A DNA stretch of 64,000 nucleotides from an uncultured Desulfuromonadaceae bacterium (GTDB lineage: Bacteria > SDB-A). The stretch is taken from contig CAYNIW010000010.1 of the NCBI GenBank assembly GCA_964397545.1, forward strand, positions 4,687 to 68,686, in the 5' to 3' direction. The notes beneath the pieces are model-generated. The model saw only the letters and a list, made by a program, of their open reading frames with translations. It was not told where the DNA came from and did no database searches. Position numbers and translations under genes: made by a program. Below, one piece after another: positions 8,810-18,611 of this stretch. How positions within the stretch are numbered: the stretch's first letter is position 1; each line of letters opens with the position of its first letter.

Positions 8810-9867
8810 TGAACCCTCATGTAAAACGAAGTGTCGGGACGCAGGGATTCTGTCAGAGAAAGATGACAGACAAGGGTGTCGTCTTTAAGCGGGTCAAACA
8901 CACCGAAAGCCTTTTTTCCGTCTTTTTCAGCCAAAGCAAAAACACTGACGAGACCGCAGGTCAGATAAACCTTCCCGTCTTCTCCGGTTTTCAACCATAT
9001 CAATTCCCTCAATGCTCCCCAGTTGTAGGCGTAAACCGATACTTTTGAAGATTCAGCCGGTATATCGCCGTCTGTCACTGAAAAAAGCAATACACCGGAA
9101 GGAGCATACGCGCCTGTCCGGTTGATCAGGCAAGCATCCGAAAAACACCTCACTATCTCTTCTCCTTCAGGTCTCCCCGGAGCTATGGCGAGTATCAGAG
9201 CTGTTTTTTGGAGATATTCACTGAACCAGGTCTCGTCAAGGACAGCGCCTTCGTCTATGTAATGCCATTTTCCGTGGACATAAACTTCCGTCCAAGCGTG
9301 GTTGTTGTCGGTGAATGACCAGTATGGAACAAAAGCCTGTCTAGCCGGAATTCCAAATGTCCTGCAGACAGACGCTGAAAAAATCATTAGTTCTTCGCAT
9401 CTTCCGAATCCCGAATAATAAGTCTCCATGGGTCCCTGATCTCTTCTCGAAGTCTGCTTGAATTTTAATATTGACGAAGTCCACCGGAAAATTCTCTCCA
9501 CAGCCTCCCGGGCGCTGAGGCAATCATCAAGACTGTCTGCGAGGAGATTGAAGAAAAAAGGCCTGTAATCCTCTAGGGGTTCCTGTGAAAATCTCGGATA
9601 AAAAACGTATCTTCTTCGAATATCCTCAGGAAGGCTTTCCGCCCAGGAGAACCTTCGAAAGCTTTGGACAGGGTATTGAACGGAGTTAAAGACAGCCAGG
9701 CTCTCCTGAGAGTTCAGATTCTTCTCAAAGATGTTTTCGAATATCCATAGGTCATCTTCAGATATATCCTTTGCAAACCCAGCGGGTTCAAAAAAAACCG
9801 CAGATATAATAAAGGCGAATAAACCAAGTCCTAAAAATATCGCCGTTTTTTTCAGAACTGATACCAC
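8806..9867 (-). CDS. Transglutaminase-like cysteine protease domain protein, secreted or membrane-anchored
   Basis: It has an N-terminal TM/signal segment. The canonical core is GFGRCEELMIFSASVCRTFGIPARQAFVPYW...NNHAWTEVYVHGKWHYID, with the Cys-His-Asp triad intact. Confidence 0.7.
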   Translation of the reverse strand: MVSVLKKTAIFLGLGLFAFIISAVFFEPAGFAKDISEDDLWIFENIFEKNLNSQESLAVFNSVQYPVQSFRRFSWAESLPEDIRRRYVFYPRFSQEPLEDYRPFFFNLLADSLDDCLSAREAVERIFRWTSSILKFKQTSRRDQGPMETYYSGFGRCEELMIFSASVCRTFGIPARQAFVPYWSFTDNNHAWTEVYVHGKWHYIDEGAVLDETWFSEYLQKTALILAIAPGRPEGEEIVRCFSDACLINRTGAYAPSGVLLFSVTDGDIPAESSKVSVYAYNWGALRELIWLKTGEDGKVYLTCGLVSVFALAEKDGKKAFGVFDPLKDDTLVCHLSLTESLRPDTSFYMRVQ

Positions 9868-11198
9868 GCGGTCAATTTAGAGACAATGACAAAATTTTTG
9901 TCTCCGGATATATAATATGGAGAGTGATAAAGTATCATGTCGTCTATTGTGAAATTGATTTTCAGATCCTCGAGAATTGTTATTTCCCCTCCGAGCTCGA
10001 AAGACAGATCACTTTCGTATCTAGAACTCTTTTCTTCCGCCTTTCTGACGAGGTAAGAGCCGCTTTCGAAGAGGACATTGGATCTTTCTATTGTCTCAGA
10101 AATCCTTTTTATAGAATAATCTACGGAAGCGTGAGCTGAAAGCCATTTCCAAATGAGGAAATTCGCCGATATGTATATCTGCGGGAACGTGAATTCGTCT
10201 ATCGAAGCCTTGCCGGGCAGAGACCTTCTGATAGTGTCCGACGCGATTCCCGTCCAAACAGTGTCAACGGTAAAATCGTTCATAGTCTTGGAATAGAAAA
10301 AGTTGACCCCTACGCTGAAAGAATTCGGGATCCCCATGTCGTCGAACGCCGCGCCGGCGGTTATGGAATATTTTTTCCTGTCGTTTTCGGGATTGACCGT
10401 CATGCCGAGTTCTCTTGTTGAAAATTCCTCTCTTCCCGCATCATAGTTGAAAGAAAGACTCGGAAAAGTAAAATACCTGTATTGGCTAATCCAATTTTTA
10501 AACTGGAAATTGACATTTGCGTTGTAGTAGGAATTTGTCATTTGGACAAAACTGGTGTCGATCAAAGTGTCTATTATCCGAAAATCGGAGTTCCAGGACA
10601 GGTAGTCAAAACCGGCCGTGAAATAAATCTTTTTATTGTCCAGCCCGGCTATCGTGCCGAACGAATTGGAGTTGGGTTCGGCTTTTATACTGCTTTGGGT
10701 CAGAAAATAATCGTATTCGCTTTCATTTGAACTCGATCCGGCGTGGATATTAATTCCCGCACCTCCTCCGAACATCTTCCGGGATATTATAAAATCGGCA
10801 AGATAAGACGGAGGTTTCATCGAATCGAGCATATAAGGCAGGATATCCGGCGACTGAGACATTCTCGGCCTGAAGTAAGTCGTGTCAAAAGGATATCCCC
10901 CGAGATATTGTTTTCTATTCAATGCAATTCCCAAGTAATTATCGGCGAGGCGGTAATGAAAAAAACCCCATCTGTCGGTTCCGGGGAATCTCTCTCCGAA
11001 ATCCATACCTATAGCGTTTTTTTCGATAGCGACATGATAAGTATAGAGATAACCGGGATTATACCAAGCCGTTGTTATCTCGCATCCCTCTACACCCGAA
11101 AAACAGCCGAGACCGGGAATGCAGACACCGGCGGAAAGGTATGCGGGCAAGAGGATCAAAAAAACCGTTCCGACGAGCATAGGAAAGCCAACTCTCAT
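9852..11198 (-). CDS. Outer-membrane beta-barrel protein, FadL/PorV-like
   Basis: It has a signal peptide, an N-terminal AWYNPGYL motif (cf. FadL NPAGL), alternating beta-strand composition, and a C-terminal ...LTAWYQF. Confidence 0.5.
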   Translation of the reverse strand: MRVGFPMLVGTVFLILLPAYLSAGVCIPGLGCFSGVEGCEITTAWYNPGYLYTYHVAIEKNAIGMDFGERFPGTDRWGFFHYRLADNYLGIALNRKQYLGGYPFDTTYFRPRMSQSPDILPYMLDSMKPPSYLADFIISRKMFGGGAGINIHAGSSSNESEYDYFLTQSSIKAEPNSNSFGTIAGLDNKKIYFTAGFDYLSWNSDFRIIDTLIDTSFVQMTNSYYNANVNFQFKNWISQYRYFTFPSLSFNYDAGREEFSTRELGMTVNPENDRKKYSITAGAAFDDMGIPNSFSVGVNFFYSKTMNDFTVDTVWTGIASDTIRRSLPGKASIDEFTFPQIYISANFLIWKWLSAHASVDYSIKRISETIERSNVLFESGSYLVRKAEEKSSRYESDLSFELGGEITILEDLKINFTIDDMILYHSPYYISGDKNFVIVSKLTAWYQF

Positions 11199-11229
11199 TT
11201 TTTACCTCTTTTTGTTTTGGCGATTGAAT

Positions 11230-11258
11230 TTGCATTGCCGAGTTTTTTGTTATATAGT
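11230..11258 (+). promoter_or_regulatory. Candidate sigma70-type promoter for gatE
   Basis: TTGCAT, then 17 nt, then TATAGT, about 30 nt upstream of the gatE ATG. Confidence 0.3.
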
Positions 11259-11286
11259 CTGAAATCCTATACTAACAGTAATATTT

Positions 11287-13248
11287 ATGCAAGATTATTT
11301 CGACCGTGAAAAAAACGTAGAGAAGACTAAAAATCTCGTCGGCTTTGTCTCTTTTCAAGAGGCATCCGGAGATCTATATTCTTCTCTCGGTTTCAAATGC
11401 GGGCTCGAAGTTCACCAACAGCTTTTGACGGCTAAAAAGCTTTTCTGCCGCTGTCCTGCCGGGTTGTATTTTCAACCCAATGATTTTGATGCGGAAGTTA
11501 TCAGGCATATGCGGCCTACTCTGAGTGAGCTCGGAGAGTATGACGGAACCGCTCTTATGGAATTCAAGACAAAAAAAAGGATAATATACAGGATAAGGAA
11601 AGAGACCACATGCACATACGAGATAGACGACACTCCTCCTTTCAAGGTCAATCTTGAAGCCCTCGACATAGCGACTGAGATAGCTTGTCTCCTCAAGACA
11701 AACATCGTCGGCGAACTTCACATAACGAGAAAACAGTATCTCGACGGGAGCATACCGACAGGTTTTCAGAGGACAGCTATAGTCGGCATAGAGGGCAGTA
11801 TCCCGCTCAAAAACAAAGAAGTGAGAATAATCCAGCTCAGTCTTGAAGAGGACTCCTGCAGAGAGGTTTCTGATTTCAGGCACGACAGAGTTTTCACCAC
11901 CGACAGGCTCGGAATGCCGCTCGTTGAAACCGTCACATATCCTGACCTACTGAATCCTCTCGAAGTCGTCGAAGCCGGACAGTATATCAGATTTCTCACG
12001 AGAAGCACAGGCAGGGTCAGGACAGGCATAGGCGCGACAAGGCAGGATGTCAATGTCAGCATAACCGGCGGAACAAGAGTTGAACTCAAAGGGGTTCCGA
12101 AAATCAGCCTCTTTCCCTGGCTTGTCCACAACGAAGCATTCAGACAAAAAGCTCTTCTCGAGATGAGAAAAATCCTTCTTGAAAAATTCAAAGGAAAAGA
12201 CAACTGGCGCATGATGTCATGCAACTTCGATCCCGAACACCTCAACCTTCACCGTTCTCACACAATAGCCTACGGAAAAGAGCCCATTTCAGCCCGCGCT
12301 GTCCGCCTTCCCGGATTTGAAGGACTGCTTTCTTTTTTCACTTCACCCGGAAAATGTTTTTCAGATGAATTAAGCGACAGGCTTAAAGTCGTTGCAGGGC
12401 TCGAAAAACCCAATATTTTGCATTCGGAAGACGGCGTATTCTGCGAAAACAAAGGGGCTATAACTTTTCTCCAGTCGAAACTCGGCTTTGAAAAAGGCGA
12501 CGCTTTGCTCGTCCTCTGGGGGCCTGAGGAGGACATGGAAACCGCCCTTGAAACCATAAACGAGAGATGCCTCCTTCTTTTCGACGGAATCCCGAACGAG
12601 ACGAGGAAAGGTCTGCCCGACGGAACAACAGTATTTGAAAGAGTCCTTCCGGGACCGGACAGAATGTATCCCGACACTGATTCGGCTCCTATACCAATAG
12701 AAAAGGCTTACGTAGAAAAAATTGAGTCTAATCTGCCGGTATCTGTCAGTGAAAGGTTCTCCCAGCTCGATGACTGGGACGCTCCGCAAGACGTCAGAAC
12801 ATACATACTCAGGAAAAATCTCATGCCCATTCTCCAAGAACTCAGCCTTGCCTACGGTGCGGATCCGAAATTTTTATCATGTCTTTCCGGACATTACATA
12901 AAAAATCTCGAAGGAAAATCCGGCAAAGATTTTCCTTGGGGCAGGCTTTCAGAGATTTTCGGATATATGAAATCAGAATCCGTCAAATTCGAAAAAATCC
13001 ATGATGTCGCCAAAGTCCTGATTGAAAACCCGAATATGGAAATTGACTCGCTTTTCAGCCTCGCAGGATTCGTCAGAAGACAAAGAGATGAAGTATTATC
13101 CATGATACCCGAACTGAGAAAGAATTTTTCGAGAATAAGAAAATCAGAAAAAGAAGACGCCGAAAAAAGATGGCTCATGGGAAAATTAAAAGGCTTCGCT
13201 CTTGGAAACATTCCTCTCAGAGAACTCTACGGGGAGATAATACTTTAA
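11287..13248 (+). CDS. gatE: Glutamyl-tRNA(Gln) amidotransferase subunit E, archaeal type
   Basis: The N-terminus is SLGFKCGLEVHQQLLTAKKLFCRCP (the GatE/GatB cradle). Its 653-aa length matches GatE with a large insertion, not GatB (about 480 aa). It is followed directly by an asparaginase-like GatD. Confidence 0.75.
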   Translation: MQDYFDREKNVEKTKNLVGFVSFQEASGDLYSSLGFKCGLEVHQQLLTAKKLFCRCPAGLYFQPNDFDAEVIRHMRPTLSELGEYDGTALMEFKTKKRIIYRIRKETTCTYEIDDTPPFKVNLEALDIATEIACLLKTNIVGELHITRKQYLDGSIPTGFQRTAIVGIEGSIPLKNKEVRIIQLSLEEDSCREVSDFRHDRVFTTDRLGMPLVETVTYPDLLNPLEVVEAGQYIRFLTRSTGRVRTGIGATRQDVNVSITGGTRVELKGVPKISLFPWLVHNEAFRQKALLEMRKILLEKFKGKDNWRMMSCNFDPEHLNLHRSHTIAYGKEPISARAVRLPGFEGLLSFFTSPGKCFSDELSDRLKVVAGLEKPNILHSEDGVFCENKGAITFLQSKLGFEKGDALLVLWGPEEDMETALETINERCLLLFDGIPNETRKGLPDGTTVFERVLPGPDRMYPDTDSAPIPIEKAYVEKIESNLPVSVSERFSQLDDWDAPQDVRTYILRKNLMPILQELSLAYGADPKFLSCLSGHYIKNLEGKSGKDFPWGRLSEIFGYMKSESVKFEKIHDVAKVLIENPNMEIDSLFSLAGFVRRQRDEVLSMIPELRKNFSRIRKSEKEDAEKRWLMGKLKGFALGNIPLRELYGEIIL

Positions 13249-14627
13249 TGGATATATACAAAGGATACAAGGGACTTTCACTCGAAGTTCTGAAAAAATA
13301 CAACATTCCAGTTTGGACAGATGCTCTCGTTAAAACCGAAAAAGGCGATTTCAGGGGCATCATACTCCCCAGGTCTGTCAACGACGACGACAGACACATA
13401 GTTCTTAAAATACCCAACGGCTACAATATTGGAGTTTCAGCCGATTTAGTAACCTGCATTGAAGACATGGGATACAAGGAAGCGCACTATAAAATACCTG
13501 AAAAAGAATTCCCGTTTTCTCCCGATAAACCCGACATAAAGCTGTTCGGAACAGGCGGGACAATTGCTTCGAGACTCGACTACCGAACAGGGGCGGTAAT
13601 TCCCGCTTTCTCTCCGGGAGAACTTTACGGTGCAGTCCCCGAACTCGCGGATATCTGTAACCTCACGACTGAAAAGCTTTTCGCGGTTTTCAGTGAAAAC
13701 ATGGGTCCTCAGCAGTATAAGACTCTCGCCGTAGCGATAGGAGAGGAAATAAAAAAAGGAACCCAGGGAATAGTAATAGGACACGGGACGGACACAATGC
13801 ATCACACTGCGGCCGCACTCTCTTTCATGGTCCAGAATTCTCCTGTTCCCATCGTCATGGTAGGCTCGCAGAGATCTTCAGACAGACCTTCTTCAGACGC
13901 CGCGTTAAACCTGATACACGCGGTCAAGACGGCCGCAGAATCTGACATAGCCGAAGTCATGGTCTGCATGTTCGGCCCTACTTCGGATAAATTCGGGCTT
14001 CTGCACAGCGGGACGAGAGTTCGAAAAATGCATTCGTCTTACCGTTCGACTTTCCGAACCGTCGGTGACATACCCATAGCGGCCGTTGACAGAGATAAAA
14101 TTACTCCTATACGAAAACTCTACAAAAAAAGAAGGTCCGACAGAAACGTCGGAATCTTCCCGTATTTCGAAGAAAAAGTGGCAATGATATACTATTATCC
14201 CAACATGATGCCCGACATGATAGATTCCCTCGTCGAAAACGGATACAAGGGAATTATAATCATCGGAACGGGGTTAGGGCACGTTAACAAACCGCTTTAT
14301 CCCGCCATAAAAAGAGCCGCAGAAAAAAATGTGGCGATGTTCATGACCGTTCAGACGCTTTGGGGCTACACTCACATGTTTGTTTACGACACGGGAAGAG
14401 ACCTGATGAGCCTCGGAGTGGTCCCCGCAGAGAACATGCTCCCCGAAGTAGCCTACATTAAACTCGGATGGGCTCTCGGCAAGACAGACGACCCCGAAGA
14501 AGTAAAAAAGATAATGCTGACCCCTGTCTGCGACGAAATAACTGAAAGAGAACCCTACAACGGATACCTGATCTTTCAGGGCGGAATACCCGAAGTAGAG
14601 GATTTTCTAAGAAAAATACACAAATAA
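13248..14627 (+). CDS. gatD: Glutamyl-tRNA(Gln) amidotransferase subunit D (L-asparaginase-like)
   Basis: It has the asparaginase catalytic motifs FGTGGTIASRLD and GIVIGHGTDTMHHTAA, plus an N-terminal extra domain typical of GatD. The start at ATG 13248 overlaps the gatE stop (TAATG), which is preferred over the track's upstream start at 13170. Confidence 0.75.
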   Translation: MDIYKGYKGLSLEVLKKYNIPVWTDALVKTEKGDFRGIILPRSVNDDDRHIVLKIPNGYNIGVSADLVTCIEDMGYKEAHYKIPEKEFPFSPDKPDIKLFGTGGTIASRLDYRTGAVIPAFSPGELYGAVPELADICNLTTEKLFAVFSENMGPQQYKTLAVAIGEEIKKGTQGIVIGHGTDTMHHTAAALSFMVQNSPVPIVMVGSQRSSDRPSSDAALNLIHAVKTAAESDIAEVMVCMFGPTSDKFGLLHSGTRVRKMHSSYRSTFRTVGDIPIAAVDRDKITPIRKLYKKRRSDRNVGIFPYFEEKVAMIYYYPNMMPDMIDSLVENGYKGIIIIGTGLGHVNKPLYPAIKRAAEKNVAMFMTVQTLWGYTHMFVYDTGRDLMSLGVVPAENMLPEVAYIKLGWALGKTDDPEEVKKIMLTPVCDEITEREPYNGYLIFQGGIPEVEDFLRKIHK

Positions 14628-14637
14628 CGGAGCTTTT

Positions 14638-15939
14638 TTGCCGGATTTCAGCTATTACACGGCAATGGATCAAATCTATCACGCCGACTGGACCGCCGAG
14701 AAGTTTTCGCGTTTTGAGACAATGAAAGAGGTGATAAGCGAACTTTGGCCGCTAAAACACCCCTCAAAATTCGTTCAAATAGCCGGAACAAGCGGAAAAG
14801 GCTCGGTTTGCCGTTTTTTGGAAGCTTCTTTTTCGCTCAAATCAAGAACCGGGGCATTCACCAACCCTCATCTTTTCGACTTCAGGGAGAGATTTTCCAT
14901 ATCGGGTAAATCAGTTGATCAGTCTGAGATAACGGATGTTTGGGAAAATATTCTGCTCCCTCTCAGCGTCCGTCAATACAGAAAAAACCCCTCACTCGCC
15001 TTGTCTTTCAGTGAAATCTGTGTTCTTTTGGCTCTTATCTTTTTTCAAAAACACGAAATCGAATGGGCATTTCTCGAAACCGGCTGTGGAGGCAGATACG
15101 AAAGGCTCTCATGCCTTGAAGCACAAGCGGCTGTCATAACTTCAGTCGGTTACGACCACCCTCTGAGTCTTGGAGAACAAAAATGGCAGAGAGCTTGCGA
15201 AAAAGCCGGTATTATTAGAAAATCAAAACCTCTCTTCACCGGCGAGACTGACCCGGAGATTCTCGATATATTCAGGCACTTTTGCCAGAGGTCGGAATCC
15301 GAAATGATAGCGGTCAGCGAAGAAGACACGTCTTTGGTCAGCGACTTCATCGCGGGACAAAAGGTAAAACCCGTATTTCTTTCTCAGGGACACCAGATAA
15401 AAAATGCTTCGCTCGCCCTGAAAGTCTTTCGCCGGTTCTTCCCGGAAATAAATCCGACGGAACCTCTTTCGAAAATGATCGAAGTTTCCGTTTCAGGAAG
15501 ATTCGAAGAGATTTCGCCTGGTGTTTACATAGATATCGCGCACAATGAAGACAAAATCGAAGCTCTCTCCGGCCATCTGAGATCGAGTTTTCAAGGCAAA
15601 AAATTAATTCTCGTCATCGCGCTTTCAAACCTGCGTTCACCCGAAAGGGTTTTCAAGGGCATAGCTTCTCTCGCCAGTCACATAATAGTCACGAGGGCGT
15701 CTTACAGTTCAGTCGAACCCTCGGATATAGCAAGGGAGCTGAAAAACATGAACAAGAATGAAATTAGAGTAATCCAGGATCCGCGTGAAGCATACAAAAA
15801 AGCGTTGTCCATGAAAGACGGGACAAACATTGTCCTCCTGACGGGTTCAAATTACATGATAGATCAAGCTCTGAACACCGACAGGAAACTTGCCCACCTG
15901 AACAATACTTACGGGTGGAGATATAAAAAAGAGAACTGA
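14638..15939 (+). CDS. folC: Folylpolyglutamate synthase / dihydrofolate synthase (Mur ligase family)
   Basis: It has the P-loop IAGTSGKGS, the motifs TNPHL and ETGCGGR, and the size (433 aa) and domain order of FolC. Confidence 0.65.
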   Translation: MPDFSYYTAMDQIYHADWTAEKFSRFETMKEVISELWPLKHPSKFVQIAGTSGKGSVCRFLEASFSLKSRTGAFTNPHLFDFRERFSISGKSVDQSEITDVWENILLPLSVRQYRKNPSLALSFSEICVLLALIFFQKHEIEWAFLETGCGGRYERLSCLEAQAAVITSVGYDHPLSLGEQKWQRACEKAGIIRKSKPLFTGETDPEILDIFRHFCQRSESEMIAVSEEDTSLVSDFIAGQKVKPVFLSQGHQIKNASLALKVFRRFFPEINPTEPLSKMIEVSVSGRFEEISPGVYIDIAHNEDKIEALSGHLRSSFQGKKLILVIALSNLRSPERVFKGIASLASHIIVTRASYSSVEPSDIARELKNMNKNEIRVIQDPREAYKKALSMKDGTNIVLLTGSNYMIDQALNTDRKLAHLNNTYGWRYKKEN

Positions 15940-15943
15940 AAAA

Positions 15944-17383
15944 TCAGCAGGAGATATCTATTCTGTTTTTACCTTTGGATTTAGCTCTGTAAAGAGCCTG
16001 ATCGGATCTTTTAAGCAAATTTGAGAAACTGTCGGTCGAGGAATCTTTTTCGGCGACGCCTATGCTCAGAGTCACTTTCAGGGCGTTGTCTTCGAATCTG
16101 ATTTCGTTTTTTTCGACTTCTCTGTGAATTTTTTTTGCCAGCTCTATCGCGCCCTGTATGTGTGTTTTCGGCATCAATACTACGAATTCGTCTCCTCCGT
16201 ATCTCGCGAGTATGTCGTAATTCCTTATCTGGGTCTGAAATATTTCTGAAACATTTTCCAACACTGCGTCGCCGGCGCAGTGGCCGAAGATATCGTTTAT
16301 TGACTTGAAATCGTCGAGGTCTATCATCATCATAGAGAGAAATTCGTTGAATTTTATCGCCTTGAAATACTCCTTATCCGCCAACGTAAAAAAGAGCCGT
16401 CTGTTGAAAAGACCCGTCAGTTCATCTGTAATAGACAAATGGTGAAGCTGATTGAAAATGTGTGAATTCTCTAAGGAAACCGCCGCCTGATTTGCTATCT
16501 GTCTTAGGACGTCAATGTGATGTTTTTTGTAATATGACTCTTGTGGATGATGAAGTGTCAGGACGCCGAGGATTTGATCCCTTCTTATCATGGGCACGCA
16601 GGCGACCGATTTCAAATCAGGCCCCTTCCATTTCATTTTATACCATCTCGGATCTGTGTCTGTATTGTCTATTATCCCGGGTTCTTTTTTTTCAAACACC
16701 CATCCTGCCAGGCCTCTGTGCATTATTTTGTCCACTATCACCGACTGCTGAAGAGGCGAAGGATAGTTATTGGACAGTATCTGTTTAATCACATTGCCTC
16801 TCGAATCTGTCAGAAAAACGGTTCCGGAATGTGATTTAGTGGCTTCGACGGTAAGTTTGAGGACTTGTTCCATTATCAAGTCTATGTCGAGCGTTGAATT
16901 GAATATGTTTGATGCTTCAAAAAGAAAACGGGTTTCACCTGCGCTTTCGGAAAGAGAGCCGAAGGATAGCGAAAATGACAGGAGATTTTTAACGCGCGGT
17001 ATGAATTCTTTCTCGAATTTGCCGGTTTCCAGGTATTCGCTCGCTCCGAGCGAAAAACAATCTTCAACTGGAAATTCCCCGTTGTCTGAAAGGACAATGA
17101 GAGGGAAATTTTCCTTAGGCTTTTCCGCCCTGATAGCAGATATCATTTCTGCAACTTCTCCGCTGAACTCATCAGCTATTATCAGAGCGGCTTCGGCTTT
17201 TTTCCCTGCACCGAGTTTATCGAGCGCGTCAAACACATTGTCGCAGAGAAGAGGCTCAAATCCGTTCTCATCCAGATAGGACTTGATTTTCGAGTTTTTT
17301 TCTTTGCGCGCATCGAGCACCAATATTATCACTGGATTTCCTGCCGGTAATATTGAGCCCGGGTTCTTTTCGGAATTGTTCAT
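15944..17383 (-). CDS. Diguanylate cyclase with N-terminal receiver-like and GAF domains (REC-GAF-GGDEF)
   Basis: The GGDEF domain includes the active-site RYGGDEF and upstream LTGLFNRR. A central GAF-like segment and an N-terminal CheY-like fold are also present. Confidence 0.8.
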   Translation of the reverse strand: MNNSEKNPGSILPAGNPVIILVLDARKEKNSKIKSYLDENGFEPLLCDNVFDALDKLGAGKKAEAALIIADEFSGEVAEMISAIRAEKPKENFPLIVLSDNGEFPVEDCFSLGASEYLETGKFEKEFIPRVKNLLSFSLSFGSLSESAGETRFLFEASNIFNSTLDIDLIMEQVLKLTVEATKSHSGTVFLTDSRGNVIKQILSNNYPSPLQQSVIVDKIMHRGLAGWVFEKKEPGIIDNTDTDPRWYKMKWKGPDLKSVACVPMIRRDQILGVLTLHHPQESYYKKHHIDVLRQIANQAAVSLENSHIFNQLHHLSITDELTGLFNRRLFFTLADKEYFKAIKFNEFLSMMMIDLDDFKSINDIFGHCAGDAVLENVSEIFQTQIRNYDILARYGGDEFVVLMPKTHIQGAIELAKKIHREVEKNEIRFEDNALKVTLSIGVAEKDSSTDSFSNLLKRSDQALYRAKSKGKNRIDISC

Positions 17384-17467
17384 TTTTTTATCTTAGGGTT
17401 AAACTTAGTCCGAATTATAAAGTATAATTTCAGATAAATCACCCAGATTGTCCGGGGGTATATAGAG

Positions 17468-17932
17468 TTGAAAAAATATCTTATAGTTGACGGATACAAT
17501 GTCATCGGCAGAAGAAGTGCCGTTTTTTATTCGGAAGAGAACAGGGAAAAACTCATACGTGACATAGTAAATTTCTCTGTTTGTGAAAAATACCTTCCCA
17601 TAATAGTATTCGACGGCAAAGGCAGAACAGGGAACAGAGAAAAACGGCCGGGTGTCGAAGTGATTTTTTCCGGGGAGAAAGATAAAGCCGACGATTTAAT
17701 AGTGAATCTGATTGAAAACGGGAAAAAAGGCGACTCTTATACAGTTTTGACTTCGGACAGGGAACTTTCTTCGAGGTGCGCGGCGCTGGGAGCGGCTGTG
17801 GCTCAGACACATCAATCTATTGGTAAAAAAAAGAAGAAAACGAAGAATTTTAGTGATAAAATGCCCCAAAATCGAACAGTGGATTTCTGGCTGAAATACT
17901 TTAACGAAAAAGGAGGCTCAGATGAAGTATGA
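17468..17932 (+). CDS. NYN-domain protein, YacP/Rae1-like predicted RNase
   Basis: The N-terminus MKKYLIVDGYNVIG is the YacP signature. Acidic residues are spaced as in the PIN/NYN fold. Confidence 0.65.
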   Translation: MKKYLIVDGYNVIGRRSAVFYSEENREKLIRDIVNFSVCEKYLPIIVFDGKGRTGNREKRPGVEVIFSGEKDKADDLIVNLIENGKKGDSYTVLTSDRELSSRCAALGAAVAQTHQSIGKKKKKTKNFSDKMPQNRTVDFWLKYFNEKGGSDEV

Positions 17933-18611
17933 AATTCTCTACCAGCCCAGTTATTCTGTGGCGAAAATTCATCTTGAAAAAGACGAATCCCTGACCGGTG
18001 AATCCGGCGCGATGGTCAGCATGACGCCTAACATAGAAATCAAATCTGAAATGGGAGGCGGTAAAAAAGGCATAGGCGGTTTTATGAAAGCCGCGGCGCG
18101 TTCTTTTGTCGGAGAGAGCTTTTTCCAGACAAAATACACAGCTCTCAACGGACCCGGTGAAATAATTCTTGCTCCGGCGGGTGTCGGAGACATAACGGCG
18201 ATAGAGCTTAAAGAACAGCCGTTCATGGTCCAGTCCGGTTCATATCTCGCTTCTACCCCCGGTCTTCAGATAGACACAAAGTTCACTGGAGGAAAAAGCT
18301 TTTTCGCCAGAGAAGGGCTTTTTATGATGAAGATAACGGGAACAGGCACGCTCATCGTATCAAGCTTCGGAGCTATTCACGAAGTCAACATACAGCCTGG
18401 AGAAGAATATGTCGTTGACAACGGACATATAGTCGCCTTCGACGCTAACATCCCTTATACGATAGAGAAAGCCGCGAAGGGATTCATCTCTTCGGTGACT
18501 TCAGGAGAAGGTTTTGTCTGTAAATACAAAGGACCGGGCAAGATATACCTTCAGACCCGACAGATTGAAGGTCTCGCCGGGCTGATAATACCTTTCCTGC
18601 CTAAAAAATGA
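17922..18611 (+). CDS. AIM24 family protein (TIGR00266/DUF124)
   Basis: It is about 225 aa with a Gly-rich beta pattern (GESGAM...GGGKKGIGGF...FFQTKYTA..GPGEIILA) typical of AIM24-like proteins. Confidence 0.55.
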   Translation: MKYEILYQPSYSVAKIHLEKDESLTGESGAMVSMTPNIEIKSEMGGGKKGIGGFMKAAARSFVGESFFQTKYTALNGPGEIILAPAGVGDITAIELKEQPFMVQSGSYLASTPGLQIDTKFTGGKSFFAREGLFMMKITGTGTLIVSSFGAIHEVNIQPGEEYVVDNGHIVAFDANIPYTIEKAAKGFISSVTSGEGFVCKYKGPGKIYLQTRQIEGLAGLIIPFLPKK

